Shown here: piece after piece, positions 46,371 to 57,941 of the stretch
Layout: the number at the start of each line of letters is the position of its first letter
Position numbering within the stretch: the first letter of the stretch is position 1
NCBI GenBank assembly: GCA_001661245.1
Contig: KV454013.1
Coordinates: 207,005 to 271,004 of the forward strand
DNA: 64,000 nt
Reading direction: 5' to 3'
Source: Pachysolen tannophilus NRRL Y-2460
Taxonomy: Eukaryota
Made by a program: the position numbers and the translations under genes
The notes under the pieces: generated by a model
What the model was told of the DNA's origin: nothing
The model's input: the letters and a program-made list of their open reading frames with translations, nothing else
The model's database searches: none

Positions 46371-47622
46371 ATGTTATTCTCTAGAAAAGTGGTTGGTTTC
46401 AATTTAGTTAAAAATTTTAGCTTTTGTACTAGAAAGTTATATTCAACTACTGAAAAATTGAGGCCAGATGAATTGGCCTTTGTATTCGAGTAAGTTTACA
46501 AATAAATTATATTTGAACCTTTTTTTTTCTTTACTAACTCAAAACTTATAATATAGTATTGATGGTGTAATTATGAGAGGCTCAAAGCCAATAATTCTGG
46601 CAACAAAGACATTAAATACTTTAAAATCTTTAAAGATTCCATTTATTTTATTAACAAATGGTGGTGGTAAATTAGAAAAATCTCGTACAAAATTTCTTTC
46701 AGAAAAATTAAGAGTTGATTTATCTCCTTTACAAATTGTTCAATCGCATACACCTTTTAAATGCTTGATTAATAAATTTAGCCGTGTCTTAGTTGTAGGA
46801 GGACCAGAGGATAAATCTCGATATGTTGCTGTAAATTATGGATTTAAAGATGTTATAATTCCAGCTGATGTTATTAGAGCTAATAATGCTGTATGGCCAT
46901 ATGCACAATATACTGATAGTCAATTACTTAAATGGTCATTTGATAATGAAAGAACAAATTTATTTGGTCCAAAGGCAAAACCAATTGAATGTATTTTAGT
47001 TTTCAATGATTCTAGAGATATGGGATCAGATATTCAAATTATATTGGAATTATTAAATTCACAAGATGGGTTTTTAGGAACTAAAAGAAATTTTGATAAA
47101 AATTCTTCTAAACCTTCAATTCCAATTTATTTCTCAAATAATGATTTTGTATGGGCAAATGATTATCAATTACCAAGATTTGGTCAAGGAGCATTAAAAA
47201 TTATGATTGATAGTTTATATAAACATTCAAATGGTGTAGATTTTTTAGAATCTACAGTGATTGGTAAACCAGAAAAAGTTACATACGATTATGCCCATCA
47301 CGCATTAATTGATTGGAGGAAAAATATACTACAAGAAGATCAAAATCATCATAATAACGATTTAGAACAAGTTGTCCCAGAATTAGGGAAACCTCCAGTA
47401 AATTCCCCTTTGAAAAAAGTATTCATGGTTGGTGATAACCCTGAATCCGATATAATAGGTACAAATAATTATGGCTGGGAATCTATCCTAGTAAGAACAG
47501 GTGTCTTCAAAGATCAAGATTTCATCGATGATAAGGCAGGAAAATACGCTAGACCAACCATTGGCATATTCGATGATGTAGATTGTGGTGTAAATCATAT
47601 CTTAAATCATTACTTATCTTAA
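46371..47622 (+). CDS. Mitochondrial HAD-IIA hydrolase (YKR070W/HDHD5-like); exons 46371-46489 and 46557-47622
   Basis: Intron 46490-46556 (GTAAGT/TACTAAC/TAG) rebuilds AFVFDIDGV; LLTNGGG, GKP, MVGDNPESDI. Confidence 0.93.
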
Positions 47623-47948
47623 ATCATTTACAATATGATTTACTAAAATAGCTTTATTCAAATACCGCCCACGACCGAGCCACGTACCCAGTCATCCAAA
47701 GCTGTTTAGTGGAGTAGAAGGAATTAATATATAATATATATAGATGTATATATGTATTTAAAATTATAATAAAGTAAAGTTGGATTAAAACTAATTGTTA
47801 TTTTGTAAAGTTGATGATATATTTTTGAAAAAAAAGTGTGAAATTAATTTATCTTGTTTTTTGTTATTTTTTGTTATTTTTATTGAAGTTTTGAAGTTTT
47901 AGAATTTATTATAGGAGAATCAACGACACACAACTAGTTACACATAAA

Positions 47949-48619
47949 ATGTCTTCAAAATCATATAAATCCTTAAGTGACGATATTTGGAAGAATCGAG
48001 TAGATAAGATAGTGAGTATATATATATCAACGGTTATTTCTAATAAAATATTGTGAGATTTGAATACTAACAAGAACAATTTTTTGTGTGTGTGTATTTT
48101 TTTTCAATTTAGAATTCTGAAGTATTCACATTAACCTATGGTTCGATAGTTGCTCAACTTTGCCGTGATTTCACATATGCAGAGGTCAACACTCAACTTG
48201 AAAAAATGGGGTATAATATTGGTTTACGTCTTGTTGAAGAGTTTTTTGCCAAGACTGGTTTGGGAAGATGTACTTCATTTAAAGATACTTCAGAAGTGAT
48301 TTCAAAAATTGGCTTCAAGATGTTTTTAAACATAACTCCAACAGTAACAAACTGGTCTGGTGATGGGAAACAATTTAGTCTCATACTTGATGATAACCCT
48401 TTAACTGATTTTGTTGAATTGCCTGAAGATAACAATGCTCTGAATGAATTGTGGTACTCTAATGTGCTATGTGGTGTGTTGAGAGGGTGTTTAGAAATGG
48501 TTCAATTGGACTGTGACGTTTACTTTGTTAGCGATGTATTGAGGGGAGATCCAATAACTGAAATGAGGTTAAAATTGAACAAGTTTTTGAAAGATGAGGT
48601 CCCTGCTGGTGAGGAATAA
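47949..48619 (+). CDS. BET3: TRAPP subunit Bet3; exons 47949-48011 and 48113-48619
   Basis: Intron 48012-48112 (GTGAGT/TACTAAC/TAG); DKINSEVFTLTYGSIV, MGYNIGLRLVEEF, LWYSN. Confidence 0.96.
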
Positions 48620-48912
48620 AGGACAAGTATAATATATAGATAAATATATATATATATATATATATCAAATCAAGGTTTTTTGTCTTTCTTTTATTATTTT
48701 GAAAAGAGATAATCTATGATTTGATATCTTGAAATGAATTTCTTGATGCAATGAATATTAAATCAATTTAAATTATGGACATACATACTAAAGACTACTC
48801 ACAAGTATATTTTAAGAAAGAAAGTAAAACAATATGTTGAAAAAAAAAAAAAAAAAAAAGAATTGAATAAAACATTGAAGGAGAATAACAATTGATTTAT
48901 TATTATTATCTC

Positions 48913-51084
48913 CTACTCTTCATCATCATCGTCATCATCATCATCATCACTATCAGCAAAGTTCTGTTCTTTGCTTTTCTCGATAAACCTATCTCTTATG
49001 CGCTTATTAAGACTAATTTTTCCATCAGTATCAAGACCTGTACTGACACCTTCAACAACATCATCAACACTTCTTTTTGTAACATCTGGAGTACCATCAA
49101 GTACAAATCTGGAACTATCTGAAAAAATAGGCACATCTGAAAGATTTTTCACAGAATTAACTCTCGATAAAGAAGTTGAACCTTCTGACATACCGGAATT
49201 TAATGAAACTGATGAAGCAGATTTTTTCAAAGGTGCTTCATCATTGTTTTCTAATTCTTGTTCATCAAATAATTCTAATCCCTTTTGATAAAATTTGTCA
49301 AAATCTGGGAAAACTTTTGGACCTAAATTGTTACATAATTCAGTAACTTCTAAAGATAATTTTTTCCTTTCTTGTTTTAAATTAATTAATTGTTCTTGTG
49401 ATGGTCCTAATGATAATATTAATGGTTTAATTGATTTAAAAATATCCATTCCAACTTCACCGATTTTAAAAGCAGAATATGTTGTCAGAACTAAAATCAA
49501 ATAATTATTGATAAATATGAAAAGCTTATTGACAGTATTGCTTAAGAACCAAAAAGATTCTGGATGATCAAGAATTATAATTGTACCTATAATCGAATAG
49601 ATAATATATAAAATTGGAGCAAAAGCCATTGCAACCATTAATTTCCATGTTGCTAAAACATCTGTTCCTCTAATCTTAACAACAGAATTTGCTAAAGCTT
49701 CCTTTGCCTTACGTTTGGATATTATTTTTGCAGCAATGAAAACAGGTGAAAATAATATTGTTCCAGGTAAAGATAATAATGCAAAAATAGATAAACTTAT
49801 AAGTCTTTGAATCAAAAGTACAAAAGTATTTATAAAATTCGTCTTTGAAAGAGATTCCAATTGATGATCTTTAATACCTAATTGTTCCAATTTTTTATTA
49901 TATTCATTAACATTTTTAGTTAATTGAATAATTCTTGGGTCATCTTTAAAAGTAACATAACCAATTGCTAATCTTCTATTCATTTCTACAACTAATGGTA
50001 ATGGAATTTGCTTTCTCTTTGGGTATGAATATAATCTTCTTGCTGCTTGAATTGTCATTAGTGTCTCATAATCAGGACAAGTTACAGTTACAGTTTTTAA
50101 AGCATTAGTAATTTGATCCATTAATGCTGAAACTGCTTCTCTTGGATTTTCTTTATAATATTCCCCATCTTTTGCAGTTACTACCATTGGTGTTCCAAAT
50201 TCAACTACTGCTCTTGATCTAAATTTATTTGGATGGAAATAATTCATACCACATGGAACTATTTTAATTTCACAAGATGGTTCTGCTGCAACAGCACCAA
50301 GAGCCATAATTGCAACACCTGGTTTAATTGGTAATAATTCGGTTCTATCATGAGAACCACCTTCTGGGAAAATTCCAATTAATCCACGTCTGTGTAAATG
50401 ATCAAAAACTTTTTGGAAAACTTGTGAATTATCAATTTTTGGAGCATATTTAAATTTTGTAAAATTTTTTAATAAATTTGTTGCCTTTTCAGATTTAAAT
50501 GGTTTTTTCAAAATTAATTTTGTATCATCAATAATTTCTAAAATTTGAGCATTTGCAGAAGTTGAAGGTAAACCAATTAAACCTTTTGGAGTAAAATTTT
50601 TTTTAAAATGAGTACCTTTACCTATAATAATACAAGGATCATTTTCAAAATTTTCAAATTTAATTTCTCCTTCAACATAATTTAACATATCTTGAGCTCT
50701 TTCAACAGGTATTGCACCAGCTAATCTTGACATAAATCCAATAAATTTCTTCCTATAATAAGCAGCAGCAACTAAAAAGGAAACATTACGTCCAGAAGCT
50801 TTTTTAACTTGTAACATTAATAATGAAGGATCTACAAATTGATTGGCATGAGGTGCACATACTAATAATGCTGGACCCTTTGTTGGAATATTAAAAGCAC
50901 TTCTTACTTTAACTTCTCTGAAAAAAATATGATATAACCAATTGAAAAAAAGCATCGCACAATCATAAAAAATTTGAGATAAAGTAAAATGAACTTCATC
51001 TTCATAATAAAAATTGGTCTCTTTATTATCAAAGGCGGGAACATGAGCAACTTCATTTGTGGCCCCTCCAGTTAATTGAGTCAT
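48913..51084 (-). CDS. SCT1: Glycerol-3-phosphate/DHAP acyltransferase (Sct1/Gpt2 family)
   Basis: APHANQFVDP, GIFPEGGSHDR, PLPLVVEMNRR; first ATG 51084. Confidence 0.85.
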   Translation of the reverse strand: MTQLTGGATNEVAHVPAFDNKETNFYYEDEVHFTLSQIFYDCAMLFFNWLYHIFFREVKVRSAFNIPTKGPALLVCAPHANQFVDPSLLMLQVKKASGRNVSFLVAAAYYRKKFIGFMSRLAGAIPVERAQDMLNYVEGEIKFENFENDPCIIIGKGTHFKKNFTPKGLIGLPSTSANAQILEIIDDTKLILKKPFKSEKATNLLKNFTKFKYAPKIDNSQVFQKVFDHLHRRGLIGIFPEGGSHDRTELLPIKPGVAIMALGAVAAEPSCEIKIVPCGMNYFHPNKFRSRAVVEFGTPMVVTAKDGEYYKENPREAVSALMDQITNALKTVTVTCPDYETLMTIQAARRLYSYPKRKQIPLPLVVEMNRRLAIGYVTFKDDPRIIQLTKNVNEYNKKLEQLGIKDHQLESLSKTNFINTFVLLIQRLISLSIFALLSLPGTILFSPVFIAAKIISKRKAKEALANSVVKIRGTDVLATWKLMVAMAFAPILYIIYSIIGTIIILDHPESFWFLSNTVNKLFIFINNYLILVLTTYSAFKIGEVGMDIFKSIKPLILSLGPSQEQLINLKQERKKLSLEVTELCNNLGPKVFPDFDKFYQKGLELFDEQELENNDEAPLKKSASSVSLNSGMSEGSTSLSRVNSVKNLSDVPIFSDSSRFVLDGTPDVTKRSVDDVVEGVSTGLDTDGKISLNKRIRDRFIEKSKEQNFADSDDDDDDDDDEE

Positions 51085-53383
51085 TGTGGTCAACACAAAT
51101 CACAATTTTCAAACGAACTCAATAACCAAGAAAAAAAAAAAAAATTTTTTAAAAACAGAATTGAGAATAATATAAAATATAAATTAAATATATTATACAC
51201 TCATTGATGACCACTATTTTTGTAGTTCTTTTTTTTTTTCTAAAATACTTGAATCAATAATTTACCAAAAAAGTAAAAAAAAAAAAATTATTTTTTTAAA
51301 GAGAGAAGAGAGATCTAGAAACAGTCGTGTGCCGAATCAATGCAATAATTACCTAATTAAGAAGTTTTAAAAAGTATTAACAAATTACCGTATTAGGAAA
51401 CGCACTCGATAGCGCACATCTAGACTTAAAATGTGGACGTGCGGATTTCTGCTACGCAATAGCGGTAATGGTTTGCGTATGACAAGATCATCGCAATTGA
51501 GTTTAAAAATTGCGATGGCAAAATGTGCACTGCATCAACTGGCCTGCGTACTGCACCTTTACGTTATAAAACCCTTTCTCTTTTTGTTTTCTTTTCTTGT
51601 TACTCACCCTTGTAAGAAAAATCTACACTGAGTTTTCCCAAATAAGCAAAAGAAAAAAAAAAAAAAGTGATGCTTGACGCTTAAATTTTATACTCGAAGA
51701 AACAGAACAAGGTTGATTTACAGTTTCTAACAATAATAATAAACAAAATAAATGTTTCTGGTTTTCTCGGTTTAACCTGATTAGTCCCAAGTTGAGTTGT
51801 AAAGTTATAAAAAGAATATCAATTTAGTTTTGCTGGAAAAAATAAAAATAATAAAAAATAATAACTGTACTTCTTTCTTTCCTAATGACCGATTTTCAAC
51901 TGTGTTGTTTTTCGAAATAAGTAACAAACAAAAGGCAAGCAGGTAGGCAGACCGGCAAGCAAACAGGCACCCAGAAAGCCGAAAAAAAAAATTTTTTTTT
52001 TGTTTTTTTTTTTTTTTTTGAAAATAAGGAAATGAGGCCCAACTCTTAGTTTGTAGCTTGTTGTAGTTGTCGCAAGAGCATTGAAAAAGCTTAGCAACTA
52101 CATATTAAATCTCGATACAAGTGAGCAGACAAGATTGACAAGAATGATGTATTATTTTTATTTTTTTTTTTGAGTTCTTTTCGATGTAATAAAATATGGA
52201 GGAAAGTTCGCTGCTTAGAGGCGGCTTTTACGCAAAACAATCAAATCAAATTGAGAAAAAAAAAAGCTTTTTTTTATTTTTATTTATTTTTTTTTTTCTT
52301 TTACCAAAGGCAATACTTTACTCATGAACCATTAATATATGTATGGAACAGATATATTTAAACATATCATCAGATCCTTTTAAGTTAAGTTTTATAACTA
52401 AACTAAATTAAACTAAACTAAAGAGATGAGAGGACTTCTTTAATTTACTCACCGTAATTTATTCGTGTTATTTTAACTGAAAATTTTTATGCATACTCCT
52501 ATTTTTTAAAAAACTTACAAATACCGATTTACACGTCAAAGATGCATAATTTCTAATAAATTAGCAGGCGCGCTAATTCAAAGGCGCTTTGAATAAAGAA
52601 TTTTAAAAATAAAAATTATTTTAAACCAATTAATAATAAATAAATAGTATGATAACTTCACTAATTTAAAGCCAAAAAAAAAGAAAAATTTTTTTTGTTT
52701 TTATTTCTCTCACTTTTAGGTCCATCTGTAATACCTACTTTAGATTCAAACAAAGAAAAATCTCAAAGTAAAACGAATCTAACACTAAAGTTTCCTCTAT
52801 TAAAAAGTAACCATTCAGCCCGAAAATTTATTTTACGTCATATTTTAAACATATCTTGTTGGCCGTAGTATGTTACCTAATGCAGTAACAACAATAAAAA
52901 AAAAAAAAAGAAAAAAAATTTTTACTGGTAAAAAAACAAAAAGAGGTATTATTCCATTAAATCCCATTATTACAAGGCTGATGTCAAAGCCTATGCTGCT
53001 TATTGGTGCTATACAGGAACGGGTCAACTACCGGATCGGGAAGTGTGAGGTCTCAAAGATGCAGCAAAAATGGTGGTTTTATGCATGAATAAGCAGAAAG
53101 CTTGAACCTTAATTCACGGTTCTTTGCTAAAAACAATAGATCTAATGGAAAATGCGCAAGGATCTAATTTTTGTATGATCACTCTTTTAATTTCGTGTTA
53201 TCTCTCTCCATTTCTTCGTATTTCTATATATATATATATATATATGGAAGCAATGGCAAAAAAAATTTTTGTTTTCTTTTAAAACTTAGTACCGTTCTTT
53301 TTTTTTTTTCTTTCTTTCTTTTTCATTCAAAGAAAGTTGTATCAAAATCATTAGAAATAATAGAATAAATTATTAGATCAAAA

Positions 53384-53719
53384 ATGAAATTTACAGTAGT
53401 AAAAATTTTCGTGTTTTCGATGGTGCTATTGTTCCACCTCGTGAGTTGTGTACCTGTGATGGCAAACTTGGAATTGTCCAGTTCGCATCACGAAGAGAAA
53501 CAACAATTAATCCATAATAATAATTTAGATGATATTCCAAGATTGAAACCAAGAGTTGCTCCAACTTTAACACTGAAAAATTCCCCATTTTCCACTTTAA
53601 TAATTTCTAATAGTATGAAAACATTATCTCCAAAATTTAAGAAAGAAGTTCGTGGAGATATCGTCTTCAGTGACATAGAAGCTGTTGAGAAATCAAAGGT
53701 TGTTCACGCTAGAATATGA
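53384..53719 (+). CDS. Small putative secreted protein, 111 aa
   Basis: AAAAATG context; signal peptide MKFTVVKIFVFSMVLLFHLVSC-VPV. Confidence 0.6.
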   Translation: MKFTVVKIFVFSMVLLFHLVSCVPVMANLELSSSHHEEKQQLIHNNNLDDIPRLKPRVAPTLTLKNSPFSTLIISNSMKTLSPKFKKEVRGDIVFSDIEAVEKSKVVHARI

Positions 53720-54116
53720 AATAAAAATAAAAAAAATGAAAAAAAATGAAAAGAAAAAAATTTTTTTATCATTTTATTTGACGGGTTTCTTTTAAGTTAT
53801 ACTGGGATGTTTCTATATATAGGGCTTTTTTTTTTTCTTGGGGTATTTTTGTATTTTTTTTTCTTTCCTCTGTTGTTTGCATACTTGTTCCGATGTACTA
53901 TAGGTTTATATTTTAGAGTGACTTTAATTTTGAAGCCACATGTAATCAATTACTAAATTCAATTAATCAAAAACATTTAAATTGTAGAAATCTAATAGAT
54001 ATTCAGTAAGTACTAAGTAGTAGTTATAGGTAAATTAGATAATAAAATATAAAAAAAAAAGGAAATAAGAAAGTTTTAAGAAAGAAAATAAAAAGAAAAA
54101 ATAACTTCTGTTTTGT

Positions 54117-55367
54117 TTATTTTGACTCTTTACTGCTAGGAACTGTGTTATCATCATCTTCATCACTATCGTCTATTAAAAAAGTGTCACCAGAAACTGG
54201 TTCAGGATTCACATTAGCTAACGATTCCCATTTCTTACCACTACTTTTAACCGTACTCTCTTTTGAACTTCTATCCGCACCTGAGACGTCCAATGATTTC
54301 TTAGGTGTACCATAAACATCCTTTTCGGCTTTATCCTCTTGAAGTGCTGCAGTAGGAGTTGTAGGCGGTTGCGAAGAATCTGCTGTCTTATCCGATAATT
54401 GTATACCTGTAAAATCATAGTTCAAAGAGTTTGGTTCTTCATCACCAGCAGATGAAACATTGGTTGTATTTTTTTTAGAAAGCCTTAATGGTCTACCATA
54501 TCCAATATCATCACTTGGTCTAGAAGAGCTACTATTATAAGTATTATTTCCAAATGCAGAGAAAAGTTGACGATTTGAACCATCTCCATTATTCTCCTCA
54601 TATTGTTTTTTCAAATTTCCAAACCAAGATGAAACTTTTGTTCTTGTTTCTTCAATATTTTTATTTATAGTAGATGTAATTTGTGGTAAATCTTCATCTA
54701 CAAATTTGTTTATAAGATTTTCATCATCTCTTTCTTCATCCAAATAATCGTTATAATGAGAACCACGTCTTCTATTACTACCACTCGGATTTGACCTTCT
54801 ACTACCTGTACCACTTGCCTGTGAACGACTAGATCTTCTCTCTTCTTTTGTAAATTCCCTAGCCAATTTTCTAGCAAGCTCTTCATCTTTTTGTAACTGT
54901 GTCTTTTCCTTTCTTCTTGAAGGTAAAACTGGCTTGGGCTCTGGAATCTCCGGTACAAAAGTTGGATCACTTAAATACAACAAGGCATTGAAAGCAGGAT
55001 CTAATTGTCCCGTTGAAGCAATTAACACGGCTTTAATGTATTTTTCTTCAATTGTAGGAAATGCATCTTTCAAATTTTGTTCAGCCTGCTCCAATGGCGA
55101 TAACGGCCTTTTAGGCTTTGGTGGTGGTTTCAAATCCGTATCCCCTTCTTTCCCAGAAGTGGTTGAGGTGGACAACGTCTCTGGCTTTGATTCATCAAGA
55201 GGTGGTTTAACATCCGCTTCAGAATTAGATTCTTGTCCTTTTTCCTTTGATTCTTCTACTTCAGCTGATTTAGAATCTTCTTCAACTTTTTCTGTTTCTG
55301 TTTCTTTTTCTTTTTCTGTTTTCTCTTCAGCAAGCTCAATTGGTTTAGAAACTTCTTTTTCTGACAT
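54117..55367 (-). CDS. CUE5: CUE-domain ubiquitin-Atg8 adaptor
   Basis: LKDAFPTIEEKYIKAVLIAS.GQLDPAFNALLYLSDP, QLQKDEELAR, KKWESL AIM-like motif. Confidence 0.92.
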   Translation of the reverse strand: MSEKEVSKPIELAEEKTEKEKETETEKVEEDSKSAEVEESKEKGQESNSEADVKPPLDESKPETLSTSTTSGKEGDTDLKPPPKPKRPLSPLEQAEQNLKDAFPTIEEKYIKAVLIASTGQLDPAFNALLYLSDPTFVPEIPEPKPVLPSRRKEKTQLQKDEELARKLAREFTKEERRSSRSQASGTGSRRSNPSGSNRRRGSHYNDYLDEERDDENLINKFVDEDLPQITSTINKNIEETRTKVSSWFGNLKKQYEENNGDGSNRQLFSAFGNNTYNSSSSRPSDDIGYGRPLRLSKKNTTNVSSAGDEEPNSLNYDFTGIQLSDKTADSSQPPTTPTAALQEDKAEKDVYGTPKKSLDVSGADRSSKESTVKSSGKKWESLANVNPEPVSGDTFLIDDSDEDDDNTVPSSKESK

Positions 55368-55721
55368 TATAAAAACCGAGATAATATTAAATAATAACGA
55401 TTATTGATTCTTATCGTATCATATAAATTATATACAAAGATAAATAATATTAGCTGAGCTGCCTTTTTCCTTCAAGCGCCTTCATAAAAAAATCAAACTT
55501 CCATTTTGTTAGTGCTGAAATATACCCGTGCTTTGTACCAAATATCAGCGTAATTATCAGAACATTTTTAATAATTCAACAGGAGCATTCAGCATGAGCT
55601 CCTGCTGATAACAACGACAAGTCTTTTAGGAAAATTAAGTTTATCGGATGGTTATATTGTCTACATGAACTTTCAATAATTTTTCCCTCGTCTATTAAAT
55701 AAATATAAATATATAGATAAC

Positions 55722-57383
55722 TTAATGCAGAGTTTGCAATGAACTAATAATATTTTGTAATCCACTGACACTATCTTTATCGTCAAATTCTCCACAACCT
55801 TCTTCGACAATCCACTTTTTGCTATTATAATTGTGATAATCATTTTTATCACTTATGACTTCACATGCCCATCCTGTAACCAATAACCCTGGTGGTCTTG
55901 ATCCACATGTTTCATATGCTTCATAAATATTTTGTAAATTGGATCTAATGATTCTTTGATCTGGACAAGAAGCTCTTTCTATTATACAACAGGGTAATTT
56001 GGGATCCCAATTTCTTTCCAGAATAAGAACATCAGTTAACTGGTTTAGTCTATGTAAACTCATTAAGAATACACATGTCTGTGTCTTATTATAAAATGGA
56101 AGATCTGGTAAAACACCTTTTCTCCCGGTTCCAGTTAAAATCAAAACTTGATCACTAACCTCTCTGTGAGTTATTGGTATTTGAGCCATAACTGGTGCTG
56201 CTAATGCTGAAGTTAACCCTGGTAATACAACAGGTTCAAACCCATTTTCCTTGAAAAAATTATATTCTTCACCACCTCTACCAAATATATACGGATCACC
56301 TTGTTTAAGTCTAATAACTTTTTTCCCCTGATTTAAAGCAGCTAAACCTTTATCCAAGAGTTCCTTCTGTGCCATTTCAGCATTTCCTGGGAATTTTCTT
56401 GCAATAAAAGTTTCAGTTGTACGAGGAATAAGTTCCAAAACTTGTTCAGGGACAAGCTTATCGGAAAGCACCAAGTCCGCTGAATATATCTCCGATAATG
56501 CTCCCAAAGTCAATAAAGATACAGCACCAGGTCCTGAGCCAACAAGTGATATTGTACCTTTTTTCAATGATACTTGCAGTGATGGTTGTTCATTATCATC
56601 TTGATATGCACAGGATAAATCTTCAATTGATAAACTTGCCAATTTTTTCAAAGGATAATACTCAACAATTTGCAGTAACCATCTAGCTCTTTGATATTTC
56701 TTATCCTTTTCTGTCATTTCAAATTCATGAATTAATTTATTTAATTTAAAAGTTTGTATAGAATCTTCTTCATTATCACCAAGTATTTCTGCTTCTTGTT
56801 CATTTTTCAAATTATCAAGATATCCATTATCTTCTTTTTGAATTTTTTCTCTTAATTCTCCAACTTTATTACAAATTTCGTCTATATTTTGTGGTAATGC
56901 ATTTACTAATTCTCTTTTAATCTTTGATGCTAATTTACAACCTTTACCAGAAGTTGTAATACCAAGTTGAAAATCTCCTTTATTATATGTAGATAATAAA
57001 GTAAAAGTACAAAACTCAGGATGATCAGCTATATTTATAGGTATTCTCAATTTTTGACATTTTTGAAAAATATTTTTTTTAAAATTATAATCTTTAAAAG
57101 TTAATGTAACAAAAACTTTATCAACTATATGATCAACTTCTTGTCTCCCCAAAGTAATCAAATCTTTTTCTCCAAAATCTCTAGAAACCCAACTAACTCT
57201 CCCATTATCAATCTGTTCTTGCAAATTCAGTGGAAATTTTTCATCTATTTTTTTCGAAGATACTAATACAGGTCTTGCACCAGATTCCAAGATGGAGTTA
57301 ATCCTGAATGCAGACAACACCGAAACCCCAACAACAAGATGAACTTCTCCTTTACAACAAAGAGAAGCCAACAAATTGGTCAT
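55722..57383 (-). CDS. MET1: Uroporphyrinogen-III C-methyltransferase
   Basis: LVGSGPG, RLKQGDPYIFGRGGEE, ERASCPDQR. Confidence 0.96.
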   Translation of the reverse strand: MTNLLASLCCKGEVHLVVGVSVLSAFRINSILESGARPVLVSSKKIDEKFPLNLQEQIDNGRVSWVSRDFGEKDLITLGRQEVDHIVDKVFVTLTFKDYNFKKNIFQKCQKLRIPINIADHPEFCTFTLLSTYNKGDFQLGITTSGKGCKLASKIKRELVNALPQNIDEICNKVGELREKIQKEDNGYLDNLKNEQEAEILGDNEEDSIQTFKLNKLIHEFEMTEKDKKYQRARWLLQIVEYYPLKKLASLSIEDLSCAYQDDNEQPSLQVSLKKGTISLVGSGPGAVSLLTLGALSEIYSADLVLSDKLVPEQVLELIPRTTETFIARKFPGNAEMAQKELLDKGLAALNQGKKVIRLKQGDPYIFGRGGEEYNFFKENGFEPVVLPGLTSALAAPVMAQIPITHREVSDQVLILTGTGRKGVLPDLPFYNKTQTCVFLMSLHRLNQLTDVLILERNWDPKLPCCIIERASCPDQRIIRSNLQNIYEAYETCGSRPPGLLVTGWACEVISDKNDYHNYNSKKWIVEEGCGEFDDKDSVSGLQNIISSLQTLH

Positions 57384-57565
57384 TTTCCTTCACAAAATAG
57401 TTTCTAATCCCAATAGTATATTTGCTAAACTTACAATCGAGGAAAAGAAGAAAATGAAGCAGCAAAAAAACAAAAACTGAAAAAAAAAAAAAAATAGAGA
57501 AAACTGAAAAAAAAAAAAAGTGAAAAATTTATTTCTTTTTTGATTTCTTTTTGTCCCAAATAAAT

Positions 57566-57573
57566 TCACGTGA
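57566..57573. promoter_or_regulatory. Cbf1 site upstream of MET1
   Basis: TCACGTGA ~185 bp upstream of MET1. Confidence 0.7.
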
Positions 57574-57848
57574 AATTTCTTATCAGTAAAACAAAACGGT
57601 ATTAAAGATGATAAACACAAATAAATAGAAGTAAAAGTAGAATACATACATACTTTTTCCCACCCTGTTAAGTAAGAACTTCACAAATTAAAGACAAGGC
57701 AAGGCAAGAAAATCTTATATCGCTAATCAGATTATAAAAAACTTTCTTTTTTTTTCTTCTTTTTGATAAAAAAAGCGGTATTATTCATTACTAATAGTTA
57801 AAAAGATGATTGTAATTGGTAGTGTGGATTTGACCAACGGTAGAATCA

Positions 57849-57878
57849 GCTCATCTGGTGAGTACAAAAAATTTTCAT
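57849..57878. promoter_or_regulatory. PAC-like and RRPE elements upstream of ETT1
   Basis: GCTCATC and AAAAATTTTCA. Confidence 0.5.
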
Positions 57879-57941
57879 CAATTAGTAGAATATGATTGTT
57901 TCCAGTATTTGTTGAAGTAGAAGTAGATATAGAAGGTTAAG

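Noticed and set aside
52559..52593. Two 7-bp hairpins
   Set aside because: AT-rich short stems expected by chance.
54934..55407. Antisense ORFs within genes (also 13626-14078, 31486-31878, 48971-49288)
   Set aside because: Shadow frames of real CDSs.
56660..56690. CUG-Ser interpretation from Met1 RWL[CTG]Q
   Set aside because: Single site; Ser/Ala exchange is conservative, and the Yap1, Syf1 and Thi7 sites favour Ala.
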